DNA of 64,000 nt. It comes from Candidatus Latescibacterota bacterium. Its GTDB lineage: Bacteria; Latescibacterota; UBA2968; UBA8231. The position numbers and the translations under genes are program-made. The DNA lies in contig CBDETY010000003.1 of assembly GCA_965243025.1 (NCBI GenBank), forward strand, positions 1,440,001-1,504,000. Direction: 5' to 3'. This document shows, piece after piece, positions 1-9,706 of the stretch. Within the stretch, counting starts at the first letter, position 1. Every line of letters starts with the position of its first letter. Below the pieces are notes generated by a model, which saw only the letters and a list, made by a program, of their open reading frames with translations, searched no databases and had not been told where the DNA came from.

Positions 1-1
1 C

Positions 2-952
2 GTGATCTGGCTGGCGGCACTGCTGCTGCTGCCGGCAGTGCTGTACCGCTATCTGCGCGAAGAGCGCGGTGACCGCGGCAGCATCCGCTTCTCCAGCCTG
101 AAGGCTTTCGCAGGCATCAGGCCCGGGCTCCGGGTGCGCCTGCGCCACACCGTGGTGGTGCTGCGGCTGGCCGGGCTCGCACTCCTCATCGTTGCGATGG
201 CAAGGCCCCAGGCCGGCAAGGAGGTTGTCGACGTCACCGCCGAGGGGATCGACATCATGCTCGCTCTCGACGTCTCGGGCAGCATGGAAGCGAGGGACCT
301 CGGGGAAGCGAACCGGCTGGAGGTCGCCAAGGAAGTGGTGTCGGAGTTCATCTCCGGCAGGCACAGCGACCGCATCGGCATGGTCGTGTTCGCCGGTGTG
401 AGTTTCACCCAGTGCCCGCTGACCCTCGACTACGACGTCCTCCTCGAGTTTCTCGGGGAAATCGAGACAGCCTCGAGGAGCTGGGACGGAACCGCCATCG
501 GGGTGGCCCTGATCAATGCCTGCAACCGGCTGCGCGACGCCGACGGCAGGAGCAGGGTCGTAATTCTGCTGACCGACGGAGTCAACAACGCCGGAGAGAT
601 CGACCCCATGACCGCCGCCGCCGCGGCCGAGGCCACGGGCATCCGGGTATACACGATCGGCGTCGGCGCCAGGAGCAACCCGGTTCCTGGCCGTCCCGGA
701 CGCGGGCTCGAATTCGACGAGGAGATCCTCGGGCGGATCGCCGAAACAACGGGGGGCCAGTACTACCACGCGACCAGCCGCGAAAAGCTGAAGCAGGTGT
801 ACGAGGAGATCGGCAAGCTCGAGACGACCCCCGTTACGAGCGCCGTCCACCTCGACTTTACCGAACGCTACGGCCGCTTCCTGCGGACGGGATCCGCCCT
901 GCTGCTGCTCGGGTTCGTCCTGGCCAACACCCGTTTCCGCCGGCTGCCCTGA
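2..952 (+). CDS. batA: BatA-like VWA domain protein (5' end may lie at or just outside the window edge)
   Basis: N-terminal TM segment, MARPQ, MIDAS DVSGSM, TQCPLTLD, GTAIG, LLTDGVNN; first of five consecutive Bat-like genes. Confidence 0.85.
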   Translation: MIWLAALLLLPAVLYRYLREERGDRGSIRFSSLKAFAGIRPGLRVRLRHTVVVLRLAGLALLIVAMARPQAGKEVVDVTAEGIDIMLALDVSGSMEARDLGEANRLEVAKEVVSEFISGRHSDRIGMVVFAGVSFTQCPLTLDYDVLLEFLGEIETASRSWDGTAIGVALINACNRLRDADGRSRVVILLTDGVNNAGEIDPMTAAAAAEATGIRVYTIGVGARSNPVPGRPGRGLEFDEEILGRIAETTGGQYYHATSREKLKQVYEEIGKLETTPVTSAVHLDFTERYGRFLRTGSALLLLGFVLANTRFRRLP

Positions 953-963
953 CCGCAGTTCCG

Positions 964-1989
964 ATGCGCTTCGCCTACCCCGGCTACCTCTGGCTGCTGC
1001 TCCTCATGCCGCTGCTCGCCCTTTTCGGGCTGTGGGCGGTTGCCGCCAAGCGCCGCGCTCTCGCCCGCTTTGCGGCGCCTCAGGTCGCCGGCAGACTGAC
1101 CCGCAGCGTCAGCGTTCCCCGCCAGCACTGGAAGTACTGCATCGCGGTCTGCGGGTTCGCCTTTCTGACCCTGGCCCTCAGCGGCCCGCAGTTCGGAGCC
1201 GAGCTGACGATGGCCAAGCGCAAGGGTGTGGACGTCGTCATCGCCCTCGACGTCTCGAGGAGCATGCTGGCCGAGGACGTCGGCCCAAACCGCCTGCAGC
1301 GGGCCCGGTACCAGGTCGGGGAGCTGCTCGACCGGCTCGAGGGAGACCGCGTCGGTCTCGTGGTGTTCGCCGGCAAGGCCTTCGTCCAGTGTCCGCTGAC
1401 CCTCGACTACGGGGCCCTGCGGCTGCTTCTGTCCGTCGTCGACGCCGGCAGCATTCCGGTCCAGGGAACGGCGGTAGGGGAGGCGATCGAACTGGCGCGC
1501 AGCTGCTTCGACGAAGGGGACCGCCAGCACAAGGCGATCGTGCTGTTCACCGACGGCGAGGACCACGCCGCCGATCCGGTGGCGGCCGCGGACCGGGCCG
1601 CGGCCGAGGGTGTGCGCATTTTCGCGATCGGCATGGGCACCTCCGACGGCGAGCTGATTCCGGTCCGGCAGGAGGGGGGAGGCGTCGACTTCCACCGCGA
1701 CCGCGCCGGGAATCCGGTGAAGACCCGGCTCGACGAGGGGGTGCTGCGCGAGGTGGCCGCCCTCAGCGAGGGGGCGTACTACCGCAGCAGCTTGCGCGGG
1801 TCCGAGATCGAGGAGATATACGACGGGATCGCCAACATGGATCAGAAGGAGTTCGAGTCGCAGAGGTTCAGGCGATATGAGGAGCGCTACCAGATCCCGC
1901 TTGCTCTCGCCCTCGCCTGCTTTGCCCTCGAGTCCCTGCTTGGCGACCGGCGGCGGCAGCGGCGGGAATGGAGGGGTCGTTTCGAATGA
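964..1989 (+). CDS. batB: BatB-like VWA domain protein
   Basis: ATG at 964 (MRFAYPGYLWLLLL) inside ORF 412..1989; DVSRSM MIDAS, PNRL, FTDGEDH, TRLDE, YEERYQ. Confidence 0.85.
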   Translation: MRFAYPGYLWLLLLMPLLALFGLWAVAAKRRALARFAAPQVAGRLTRSVSVPRQHWKYCIAVCGFAFLTLALSGPQFGAELTMAKRKGVDVVIALDVSRSMLAEDVGPNRLQRARYQVGELLDRLEGDRVGLVVFAGKAFVQCPLTLDYGALRLLLSVVDAGSIPVQGTAVGEAIELARSCFDEGDRQHKAIVLFTDGEDHAADPVAAADRAAAEGVRIFAIGMGTSDGELIPVRQEGGGVDFHRDRAGNPVKTRLDEGVLREVAALSEGAYYRSSLRGSEIEEIYDGIANMDQKEFESQRFRRYEERYQIPLALALACFALESLLGDRRRQRREWRGRFE

Positions 1990-2813
1990 GATCTCCAGAT
2001 CTCCGGGGGAGTCGCAGGACGCCGGGAGGCTGCGGGTTGGCGGTCCTCGCACTGGGGCTGGCCGCGGTCGGCCTGCGCCCCGCCGTCGCCGCGACCGTGG
2101 GAGACGAGGCCGCGGCGCGCAGCGCCGAGGCGCTCGAGCATTACAACGGGGGCCGCTTCGCCGAGGCGGTCGATCAGTACCGGCAGGCGCAGATAGAGGA
2201 CCCGGACTCCCCCGAGCTGCTGTTCAACGTGGGAGACGCCCTCTACAAGCAGGGCGACTTCGAGGCCGCGGGCCGCGCCTTCGAGGAGGCGTCCGCCTCC
2301 CCGGCCCTGGCGGCCCGGAGTTTATACAACCTCGGCAACACCCTGTTCCGGAAGCAGGCGTATCCCCAGGCGGTCGAGGCCTACAAGGAAGCGATCACGC
2401 GGGGATTCGACGGCGAAGCGGGGAAGGCGAACCTCGAGCTCGCCCTGCGCATGCAGCGGGAACAACCACAGGAACAGCAACAGAAGCAGCAGCAACAGCA
2501 GCCGGGCGACCAACGGGAGGAACCCGAAGGGGCGGGTCCGGGGGAAGAGGGCGAGCGGGAACGGCAGCAGGAGTCCGGGCAGGAGGAGCCTGCGGAAGAA
2601 AGCGAGCAGCCGGCAGGGCAGGAGGGAGAATCCCCGCAACCCCCGCAGGCGCCGCAAGAAGAAGCGGTGCAACCGCAAGGGAAACAGCAGCTTCCGGGGC
2701 GGATGCAGGCGGACGAAGCGGAACAGCTGCTCGACGCATTCGCCGACAGCGAGCAGGAAGCCCAGCGCCGCCGCTTCCGGGTGGAAGCCAGGACGCAGGT
2801 CAAGGATTGGTAG
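1986..2813 (+). CDS. batC: BatC-like TPR protein with Gln/Glu-rich linker
   Basis: Signal-like N-terminus, TPR repeats (LFNVGDALYKQGDF, LYNLGNTLF), Q/E-rich tract, C-terminal KDW typical of BatC; ATGA overlap with the batB stop. Confidence 0.8.
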   Translation: MRSPDLRGSRRTPGGCGLAVLALGLAAVGLRPAVAATVGDEAAARSAEALEHYNGGRFAEAVDQYRQAQIEDPDSPELLFNVGDALYKQGDFEAAGRAFEEASASPALAARSLYNLGNTLFRKQAYPQAVEAYKEAITRGFDGEAGKANLELALRMQREQPQEQQQKQQQQQPGDQREEPEGAGPGEEGERERQQESGQEEPAEESEQPAGQEGESPQPPQAPQEEAVQPQGKQQLPGRMQADEAEQLLDAFADSEQEAQRRRFRVEARTQVKDW

Positions 2814-2820
2814 GGCCGTT

Positions 2821-4614
2821 GTGAGCATTTTGCGGCTGATTGCGGCGTCGGCCGGAGTGGCGGCCACGGCCTCGTTTGCAGCGGCTGAAGTCGATTTCAC
2901 GGCCTCCGTCGACCGCACCAGGACGACCCGCTCCAGACCGGTCGAGCTGACGTTGTCGATCTCCTCCTCGCAGAACTTCCCGCAGATTCCCACCCCGGAG
3001 CTGAAGGCGGAAGAATTCGACGTGTACGGACCCTCCGTCGGGGTGCGCACCGAGATCGTCAACGGCCGCGTGACCCACGCCCGCGAACTGACCTACACCC
3101 TGTATCCCCGGCGCGAGGGGACCTTCCTGATCGGGCCGGCCACCCTTGAGCTGGGCGGCAGGAAGTACTCGACGAAGGCTGTCGAGGTGGTCGTATCGAA
3201 GGGAGGGGCAAAAGAGGACCCGCAGGCCCTGGAGGATAACCTTTTCGTTCGGGTGAAGCAGGATCGCCGGCAGGTGTACGCAGGCCAGCAGGTGCTGCTC
3301 TCATACGACCTGTGCTACCGCTACCAGCTCCGCGACGTCGGCTTCGAGGAGGTTCCCGCGTTCTCGGGGTTCTGGACCAAGGACCTGTTCGTCGCCCAGC
3401 GCCTCGAACCGCAACGGCAGGTTATCGGCGGAGTCGCCTTCAATGTCGTGCTCCTGCGCAAGGTCGCCCTGTTTCCCGCCAGCGCCGGGGAGCACGTAAT
3501 CGAGCCGCTGGTGATCCGGTGCAGCGTTGCAGAGGGGAGGAGGAGGAACAGCCTGTTCGATGCTTTCTCGCTGTTCGACGATCCGTTCTTCGGCCGCGGC
3601 CGGACGCTGCTGGTGCGCAGCCCGGAAGCAGCCGTTGAGGTTTTGCCCCTGCCCGGGAAGGGCAGGCCTCGGGAGTTCGAAGGGGCTGTGGGAACCTACC
3701 GGATGATGTCGACCCTGCAGCCGCCGGCGCCGCGGGCCGGGGATCCGGTCACCCTCACCATCTCGATTCAGGGGCAGGGGAACATCGCCGCGGTCGGGGA
3801 GCCCCGGCTGGGCGACCTGGAAGGATTCAAGCAGTACGACCCGAAGGTAACGGAGGAAGCGGGGGATACCGGCAGCGGTTACGGAGGCACGAAGACCTTC
3901 GAGTACATCCTGATTCCCGAAGCGCCGGGTGCGCTCACCGTTCCGCCGGCGCGGTTCTCCTTCTTCGATCCCGACGCGCGGGCCTACCGGACCCTGCAGA
4001 CCGAACCTCGCGAGCTCGCCGTCGGCGGGGACTCTCAGGAGAGCGGGGAGGATTCCCGCTACCTGTTGAGCCGAAAGGAAATCGAGGTCGTCGGGGCCGA
4101 CATTCGGCACATAAAACCGGAAGTGGGGGAGTTGGGGGACGCGGGGTACCTGTACCGCAGCGCGGGGTTCTGGCTTTTGCAGTCGCTGATGCCTCTCGCG
4201 TACGCAGGTCTCTACTTCTGGCAGCGCCACCGCCGCCGGCTCGAGGGGGATGTCGCCTACGCGCGCCGAAGGCGCGCCAGAGGGGCGGCGGGACGCAGGT
4301 TGAAAACGGCGCGGCGGATGCTGGCCGCCGGCGCCCCGGCCCCGGACTTCCACGCGGAGATCCACCGGGCGGTGCTGGAGTTCGCCGCCGACCACCTCAA
4401 CCGCTCCGCAGCGGGTCTGGAGAAGGAAGAGTGCGCCGCCGAACTGCGGCGCCGGGGAGTCCCGCAGCAGACCGTGGAGGACCTCGGCAACTTGCTGCAG
4501 GAGTGCGAGTTCGCCCGCTACGCCCCCGGGGCGTCTTCGACAGGGGAAATGAAGCGCACCCAGGATCGCGCCGAGGAGCTGATGGAACGGCTGCAGAAAG
4601 TGCTGAGAGGATGA
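2821..4614 (+). CDS. batD: BatD-like protein
   Basis: Signal peptide, ASVDR, LFVRV...VYAGQQV, FDDPFFGR, F-x-GAVG, GNI, FSFFDP, single TM, C-terminal ECEFARYAPG. Confidence 0.85.
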   Translation: MSILRLIAASAGVAATASFAAAEVDFTASVDRTRTTRSRPVELTLSISSSQNFPQIPTPELKAEEFDVYGPSVGVRTEIVNGRVTHARELTYTLYPRREGTFLIGPATLELGGRKYSTKAVEVVVSKGGAKEDPQALEDNLFVRVKQDRRQVYAGQQVLLSYDLCYRYQLRDVGFEEVPAFSGFWTKDLFVAQRLEPQRQVIGGVAFNVVLLRKVALFPASAGEHVIEPLVIRCSVAEGRRRNSLFDAFSLFDDPFFGRGRTLLVRSPEAAVEVLPLPGKGRPREFEGAVGTYRMMSTLQPPAPRAGDPVTLTISIQGQGNIAAVGEPRLGDLEGFKQYDPKVTEEAGDTGSGYGGTKTFEYILIPEAPGALTVPPARFSFFDPDARAYRTLQTEPRELAVGGDSQESGEDSRYLLSRKEIEVVGADIRHIKPEVGELGDAGYLYRSAGFWLLQSLMPLAYAGLYFWQRHRRRLEGDVAYARRRRARGAAGRRLKTARRMLAAGAPAPDFHAEIHRAVLEFAADHLNRSAAGLEKEECAAELRRRGVPQQTVEDLGNLLQECEFARYAPGASSTGEMKRTQDRAEELMERLQKVLRG

Positions 4615-5432
4615 AGATCCGGTTCCTGCTCGCGGCCGCGGCCGCGATCTCCTGCGCCGTGGGGGCTGCCCCCGCCTCAGGGCAATCCGCCGCCGCAGGC
4701 CTGTTTGCCGAGGGCAACGACCAGTACCGGGCCGGGGAGTACGAGTCTGCCCGCGACACCTACCTGAGGATCGCCGCACAGGGAATTCGCGATTCCCGCC
4801 TGTTCTACAACCTCGGCAACGCCTGCTTCAAATCCTCCCGCCTCGGCGAAGCGATCGTATGGTACGAGCGCGCCCTGCGGCTCCAGCCGAGAGACCGGGA
4901 CATCCTGGCGAACTTGCGCTTCGCCCGGCAGGTGAAGAGGGACCGGGAGCCCCCCGCCGAGGAGAATCCGCTTGCCCGCTTCGCGGCCGCTGTCTACGCC
5001 TTTCCCACCCTCGACGAACTCGCCGTCGCCTTCGCCGTTACCCTGCTCTCCGTTCTGGTGCTTGCCTGTCTGCCCTCGCTGCGGCCCCGATCCTCACGGG
5101 TTCCAATGCCGCTGCTGGCCGGCTGCGTCTGTTCCTGGGCGATTTCCGCCTTGTTTCTCTCCTCGCGCATCTACACCCACGAATCGGAAAAACACGCCAT
5201 CGTCACGGTGCAGGAGGCGACCGCCCGCAGCGGACCGGGCCGGGATCAGACCTCGGTGTTCGTCCTTCACGAGGGTACCAAGGTGCGCATCGACCGCGAT
5301 GAGAACGAGTGGTATCTGGTGCGGCTGTCCAACGGCAGAGGAGGATGGATGCCCAAGGCCGCGGTCACCGCAATTCAGGATGAGAGAATCGCTGCTTGTC
5401 GCATTTGGACGATCTTGCTACAATTGAACTGA
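4611..5432 (+). CDS. batE: BatE-like TPR + SH3 protein
   Basis: ATG at 4611 overlaps the batD stop; LFAEGNDQY, FYNLGNA, YERALRLQPRDRDILANL, two TMs, LHEGTKV...W...GW SH3 motif. Confidence 0.85.
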   Translation: MKIRFLLAAAAAISCAVGAAPASGQSAAAGLFAEGNDQYRAGEYESARDTYLRIAAQGIRDSRLFYNLGNACFKSSRLGEAIVWYERALRLQPRDRDILANLRFARQVKRDREPPAEENPLARFAAAVYAFPTLDELAVAFAVTLLSVLVLACLPSLRPRSSRVPMPLLAGCVCSWAISALFLSSRIYTHESEKHAIVTVQEATARSGPGRDQTSVFVLHEGTKVRIDRDENEWYLVRLSNGRGGWMPKAAVTAIQDERIAACRIWTILLQLN

Positions 5433-5583
5433 AGATGCCTCTCGCCACCGACCCCTCCCACTTCCCCAGGTTCCTCGGATCCGTTTGCCGGCTCCCCCAG
5501 GCGTTCGACCCCTTTCGGGTCGTTCTTCCGGCGGCGTTTTTCCGCCTACTTTCCAGTACGGCGGCAGGCAACGGACCGGTAGC

Positions 5584-7638
5584 GTGAAATATCTCCTGAC
5601 CGGGGGCGGCACCGGCGGCCACGTCTATCCTGCACTTGCCATTGCCGACGAACTTCGCCGTCTGAATGCCGACGCGGAGTTCCTCTACGTCGGAGTTCGC
5701 AACCGGCTGGAATCCAGGGTGGTTCCCGCCCGGGGGTACGCCTTGCGCTACGTGCGCTCCCGCCCCTACCCGCGTTCATTCTCGGCGCTGTCCCAACTGC
5801 TGTTCTGGCTGACCCTGGCAACCGGAGTCAGCCGCGCTCTGCTGATCCTGCTTCGTTTCCAGCCCCGCGTAATCATTACCACCGGGGGTTTCGTCAGCGC
5901 CCCGGTGATGCTGGCCTTCGGCATTCTGCGCAAACTGGGCGTCGGCAATGCCAGGATGTTTCTCTACGAGCCCAACGCCCGTCCCGGCCTGCTCAACCAC
6001 ACGGTGGGGCGGCTCGCCGACCGCGTTGGCGTTGCTTTCGAGCAGGCGGGACGCTGGTTCGACATCGGCCGGGTCGCCGTGGTCGGCTACCCGGTTCGCC
6101 GCGAGCTCCTGCAGCTCGACCGCGCCGCCGCCCGCCAAAGGCTCGGAATCGGTCCCGATCGTCAGGTGCTGTTCGTCGTGGGGGGGTCCCAGGGGGCCCG
6201 CGAGATCAACCGCGCCGTGGTAGAAGCGCTGCCGCGGCTGCGAAAGCGCTCGGACCTGTTCATCCTGCACGTCACCGGGGCGACTCCTCCCCGGGGACCC
6301 TCCGAGGAAACCTACGACCCTGTTTCCGACACCGAACTGCGGTTGCGCGAGTCGGGACTCGCAGGCGACACCTCGGACTGGTACCGGCGGCTCCCCTACG
6401 CGGAACAGATCGAGGATCTATACGCCGCCTCCGACGTAGTCGTCTGCCGCGGGGGCGCGGCAACCCTCACCGAAATCGGCGTTTGCGGACTGCCTGCGGT
6501 CATAATTCCGCTGTCGACGTCGGCGGACGATCACCAGGCGATCAACGCCCGCGAGATGGAAAAGCGGGGAGCGGCGGCGGTCCTCTACCCCGAGGCAACG
6601 TGGGAAGACGGGGCCGTCACCACCCGGGTACACGGCCATCCCCTCGCCGCAGCGATCGAGGGATTGCTCGAAGCCCCCGAGGAACGGCGGCGGGTTTCGG
6701 CGGCGGCACAGGGGGTGCCGCGCCGCGACAGTCTGGAGCTGATCCGCAGGGAACTGGAAAGCATGGTCGAGGGGGGAAGGCCGGCACCGCTCAACCTGGA
6801 ATCCCCGGCGGACGAGAGGCTGCCGAGCGATCCGAACGCCCTCGTCAGGAAGGTGCGCGAGCGGGTGGAAGCCGCCGGGGGTGTCCAGGGCATCCCCGGC
6901 CGCGAGCTGGCATACCTGCGCTACCAGGCGGACCGTCTCCTTGCTTCGGGGGAGTGGTACGAAATCCCGCTGGGCAAGCGCAACGTCGGAATCAAGCTCG
7001 CAGGCTATCTCGAGCAACGGGACCGGCTCGACCTGTTGCTCCAGATCCTCCAGGACCGGCGGCAGGTGGGTGCTTTGAAGAGACTGCTCGGCGGGGACTT
7101 CCGGCATTCCGGGATCCTGAGGCGCAATACCATACAGATCGCCCTGCGGGGGCTGCGCGTCGTCGGGGAGCGGAAGGTGGAAGCGGCGCTGCTGGTCGCG
7201 CTCGAGACCGATCCCTATTTCGAGGTCCGGGCCGCTGCCGCCGATTTGCTCGGGGAGGAGGGCAAGCCGTCCGACCGCATCGAGGGCGCCCTCGTGAATG
7301 CGCTGTCGGACCGCTCGCGGCGCGTCGTCGCCAGGGCGATACGCGCCCTCGGCGCCGTGGGACGGGATTCGGGGCTGATCCGGTTGCTGCGGAGCTTCTA
7401 CCATCACCCGGACTGGCAGATCCGGTACGAGGTCGTACTGGCGTTGCAGAACCTGCTTCGCCGCGGAGTGCTGGGCCCGCGAGAGATGGCCGGGGAGGCG
7501 GAGCAGGTACTGGCGACCTCGCCGAACTTCACCCCGGAGTTTCCCCTGAAAGAGAGCCTGGCCGAGCTCGCCGAGCTGGCCGGCCCCGCCGAAGACGAGC
7601 CGGCCGCCGCCGATGCAGTCAGCGCAGGGGGAGGATAA
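5584..7638 (+). CDS. murG: MurG-like GT28 glycosyltransferase fused to a C-terminal HEAT-repeat region
   Basis: GTG start; TGGGTGGHVYPALA, GGFVSAP, EPNARPG, GYPVR, GGSQGAREIN, CRGGAATLTE, DHQAINA; then about 280 aa including HEAT-like repeats (DPYFEVRAAAADLLG, DRSRRVVARAIRALG, HPDWQIRYEVVLAL). Confidence 0.8.
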   Translation: MKYLLTGGGTGGHVYPALAIADELRRLNADAEFLYVGVRNRLESRVVPARGYALRYVRSRPYPRSFSALSQLLFWLTLATGVSRALLILLRFQPRVIITTGGFVSAPVMLAFGILRKLGVGNARMFLYEPNARPGLLNHTVGRLADRVGVAFEQAGRWFDIGRVAVVGYPVRRELLQLDRAAARQRLGIGPDRQVLFVVGGSQGAREINRAVVEALPRLRKRSDLFILHVTGATPPRGPSEETYDPVSDTELRLRESGLAGDTSDWYRRLPYAEQIEDLYAASDVVVCRGGAATLTEIGVCGLPAVIIPLSTSADDHQAINAREMEKRGAAAVLYPEATWEDGAVTTRVHGHPLAAAIEGLLEAPEERRRVSAAAQGVPRRDSLELIRRELESMVEGGRPAPLNLESPADERLPSDPNALVRKVRERVEAAGGVQGIPGRELAYLRYQADRLLASGEWYEIPLGKRNVGIKLAGYLEQRDRLDLLLQILQDRRQVGALKRLLGGDFRHSGILRRNTIQIALRGLRVVGERKVEAALLVALETDPYFEVRAAAADLLGEEGKPSDRIEGALVNALSDRSRRVVARAIRALGAVGRDSGLIRLLRSFYHHPDWQIRYEVVLALQNLLRRGVLGPREMAGEAEQVLATSPNFTPEFPLKESLAELAELAGPAEDEPAAADAVSAGGG

Positions 7639-7646
7639 GGGAACCC

Positions 7647-8750
7647 GTGCTGGTCTATCTCGGCGACTACCTGCAGTCGATCCAGTCCCTCTCCTACCTG
7701 CGGCTGTTCGACTCGATCAGCTTCCGCGCCATCGGAGGGGCCATTACCGCCCTGGTGTTCACCATCCTGTTCGGCTGGCCCATAATCCTCTACTTCTACC
7801 GCTCGGGCAAGCGGGACACGTCGCGAAAATACACCGACTTTCCGGTGACCGATCACCCCTCCAAGACCTACGGGGGCGGCCTGCTGGTGGCGGCAATCGC
7901 CCTGAGTGTGCTGCTCTGGTGCCAGCTGCACAATCCGTTCGTGATCATGTGCATGGCCGCGGTAACCTGGTTTGCCGCCCTGGGTTACATCGACGACTAC
8001 CTCAAGGTTCGCCACGGAAACAACGACCGCGGCCTGTCGGAAACCGCAAAGCTGGCGTTGCAGTTCTTCTACGCCGTCGTCTTCGCCGTCGTCTTCGTCC
8101 ACGACGGGCTGTCGCCGCTTCCCCCGGGGCTGGCGACGCAGCTCTACCTCCCGTTCCTGAAGAACCCGGTCATCGACCTGTCGTGGGGTTACGTGCCGCT
8201 GATCGTGTTCACCATAATCGCCATCTCCAACTCGGTAAACATCGCCGACGGCATCGACGGCCTCGCCGTGGTTCCCGTAGCTTTCGTCGTGGCGGTGTAC
8301 GGCGTCTTCGCGTACGTCTCCAGCCACGCCAGGATCTCCGAGTTCCTGATCTTTCCGTTCATCCCCGGGGCCGGAGAAGTCGCAATCATCTGCACCATCG
8401 TTTTCGGAGCCTGTCTGGGTTTCCTGTGGTTCAACTCCTATCCCGCGAATGTGATCATGGGAGATGCCGGGTCCCTGGCTCTCGGCGGGCTTATCGGAAC
8501 CCTGGTGGTCCTTGTGAAACAGGAGATCCTGTTCCTGATCGTCGGGGGGGTTTTCGTGGGAGAGGCACTTTCGGTCCTGATCCAGGAGAAGATCGGCATC
8601 AGGTGGCTCGGACGGAGATTCTTCCTCAGCGCCCCCATCCACCACCACTTTCAGGCGCGGGGGATCGCCGACACCAAGATCGTAATCCGCTTCTGGATCG
8701 TCGCCGGCATCCTGGCGCTGTGCGGCCTGGCGACCCTCAAGATCCGCTAG
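7647..8750 (+). CDS. mraY: Phospho-N-acetylmuramoyl-pentapeptide transferase (MraY)
   Basis: Polytopic membrane protein with GYIDDYLK, SNSVNIADGIDGLA, GFLWFNSYPA, IMGDAGSLALGG, APIHHHF, KIVIRFWI. Confidence 0.88.
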   Translation: MLVYLGDYLQSIQSLSYLRLFDSISFRAIGGAITALVFTILFGWPIILYFYRSGKRDTSRKYTDFPVTDHPSKTYGGGLLVAAIALSVLLWCQLHNPFVIMCMAAVTWFAALGYIDDYLKVRHGNNDRGLSETAKLALQFFYAVVFAVVFVHDGLSPLPPGLATQLYLPFLKNPVIDLSWGYVPLIVFTIIAISNSVNIADGIDGLAVVPVAFVVAVYGVFAYVSSHARISEFLIFPFIPGAGEVAIICTIVFGACLGFLWFNSYPANVIMGDAGSLALGGLIGTLVVLVKQEILFLIVGGVFVGEALSVLIQEKIGIRWLGRRFFLSAPIHHHFQARGIADTKIVIRFWIVAGILALCGLATLKIR

Positions 8751-8914
8751 TGCCCCGTCGCAGAAATATCTCGACATCGGGAAGCCGATCCATCCCGGCT
8801 CACGGCGTTGCCTTCGCTCGCCGTACACCCTCGGTACGACTCGCTCAGGCGCCTTGTGAGCCGGGCGCCTCGGCATCCCAATATTGTCAATCTATCTCTG
8901 CGACGGGACACCAG
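8747..8914 (+). mobile_element. 168-bp MITE-like palindromic element, copy 1
   Basis: Ends CTAGTGCCCCGTCGCAGA ... TCTGCGACGGGACACCAG (terminal inverted repeats); internal inverted repeats; near-identical to copies at 14163, 41648 and 52979; the left CTAG contains the mraY stop. Confidence 0.85.
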
Positions 8915-8965
8915 GCGCGCACCTTCAGGGCCGCGCAGCGGTCCCGGGCGCGAGCCGTTCGGGGT

Positions 8966-9439
8966 CTACAACAGCGGTTGAATTCCGTATAGGAACAGCA
9001 GCACCAGCGCGGCGCCGGCGAGAGCGGTGATCCACAGGGGCATTCCCCTGCCGTCACCAAAAACCTCCCGCCTGTAGCGGCGGTACTCGCCGGACAACAC
9101 CCGATGGCCGGAGCCGAAGGCGATGACGATGGCGACGAGGAGGAAATCGAGGCCCCGCGTTTCGGGGGCGAATGCCCGCGCCATCCCGAGTCCGTAGGGT
9201 ACCAGCGCGACGAGCAATCCGTACTCCCGGGTAAGGATCCCGTAGAGGATGATACCGGCGCTGAGGGAACTGATGGCCATCGAACTGACGGTGTCCGCCG
9301 CCGGCACCTCGAGTTTCATGATCAGAAGGGGAATCCCGACGACGAGATGAAGCCACATTCCGCAATAGGCGAAGAGGAAGATCGGGCGGCCCCGTGAGCC
9401 GGAGCCTGTCAGGAACTGGGCGAAAGAGGGTCGCTGCAT
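8966..9439 (-). CDS. Hypothetical integral membrane protein (about 5 TM)
   Basis: ATG at 9439 (MQRPSFAQFL) at the 3' end of shadow ORF 8966..12547; several hydrophobic helices; putative promoter upstream. Confidence 0.6.
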   Translation of the reverse strand: MQRPSFAQFLTGSGSRGRPIFLFAYCGMWLHLVVGIPLLIMKLEVPAADTVSSMAISSLSAGIILYGILTREYGLLVALVPYGLGMARAFAPETRGLDFLLVAIVIAFGSGHRVLSGEYRRYRREVFGDGRGMPLWITALAGAALVLLFLYGIQPLL

Positions 9440-9504
9440 GATCGCGAGGGGTCTGGAAGTTGCCCCCGGGGGAAGGGCGAACTGCTCGTTGCGGGGAGGT
9501 CGGG

Positions 9505-9534
9505 TATATACCGGGAGCCGTTTCCCCCTGTCAA
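9505..9534 (-). promoter_or_regulatory. Putative sigma70 promoter (TTGACA-18-TATATA) for the membrane protein gene
   Basis: TGTCAA at 9529-9534 and TATATA at 9505-9510 in the divergent intergenic region. Confidence 0.4.
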
Positions 9535-9706
9535 GCGTACCGGGTACCGGCCGGGAAGCTTGAAATACAAAGCCTTGCACCGTTCCATGTTCCCGGATGC
9601 CCCTGACGTTCCCCCCGGGCAACAGGAAGGTGGCTGCGATGAGGCCGTCCCCGAGGATGTGGGAGCGGGTGAACCTCGCGGCGGCAAAGATCTCGGGGAG
9701 AAACAG

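Noticed and set aside
2452-2700. CAG/CAA-rich low-complexity tract
   Set aside because: Ordinary Gln/Glu-rich linker of BatC; not a tandem array or contingency locus
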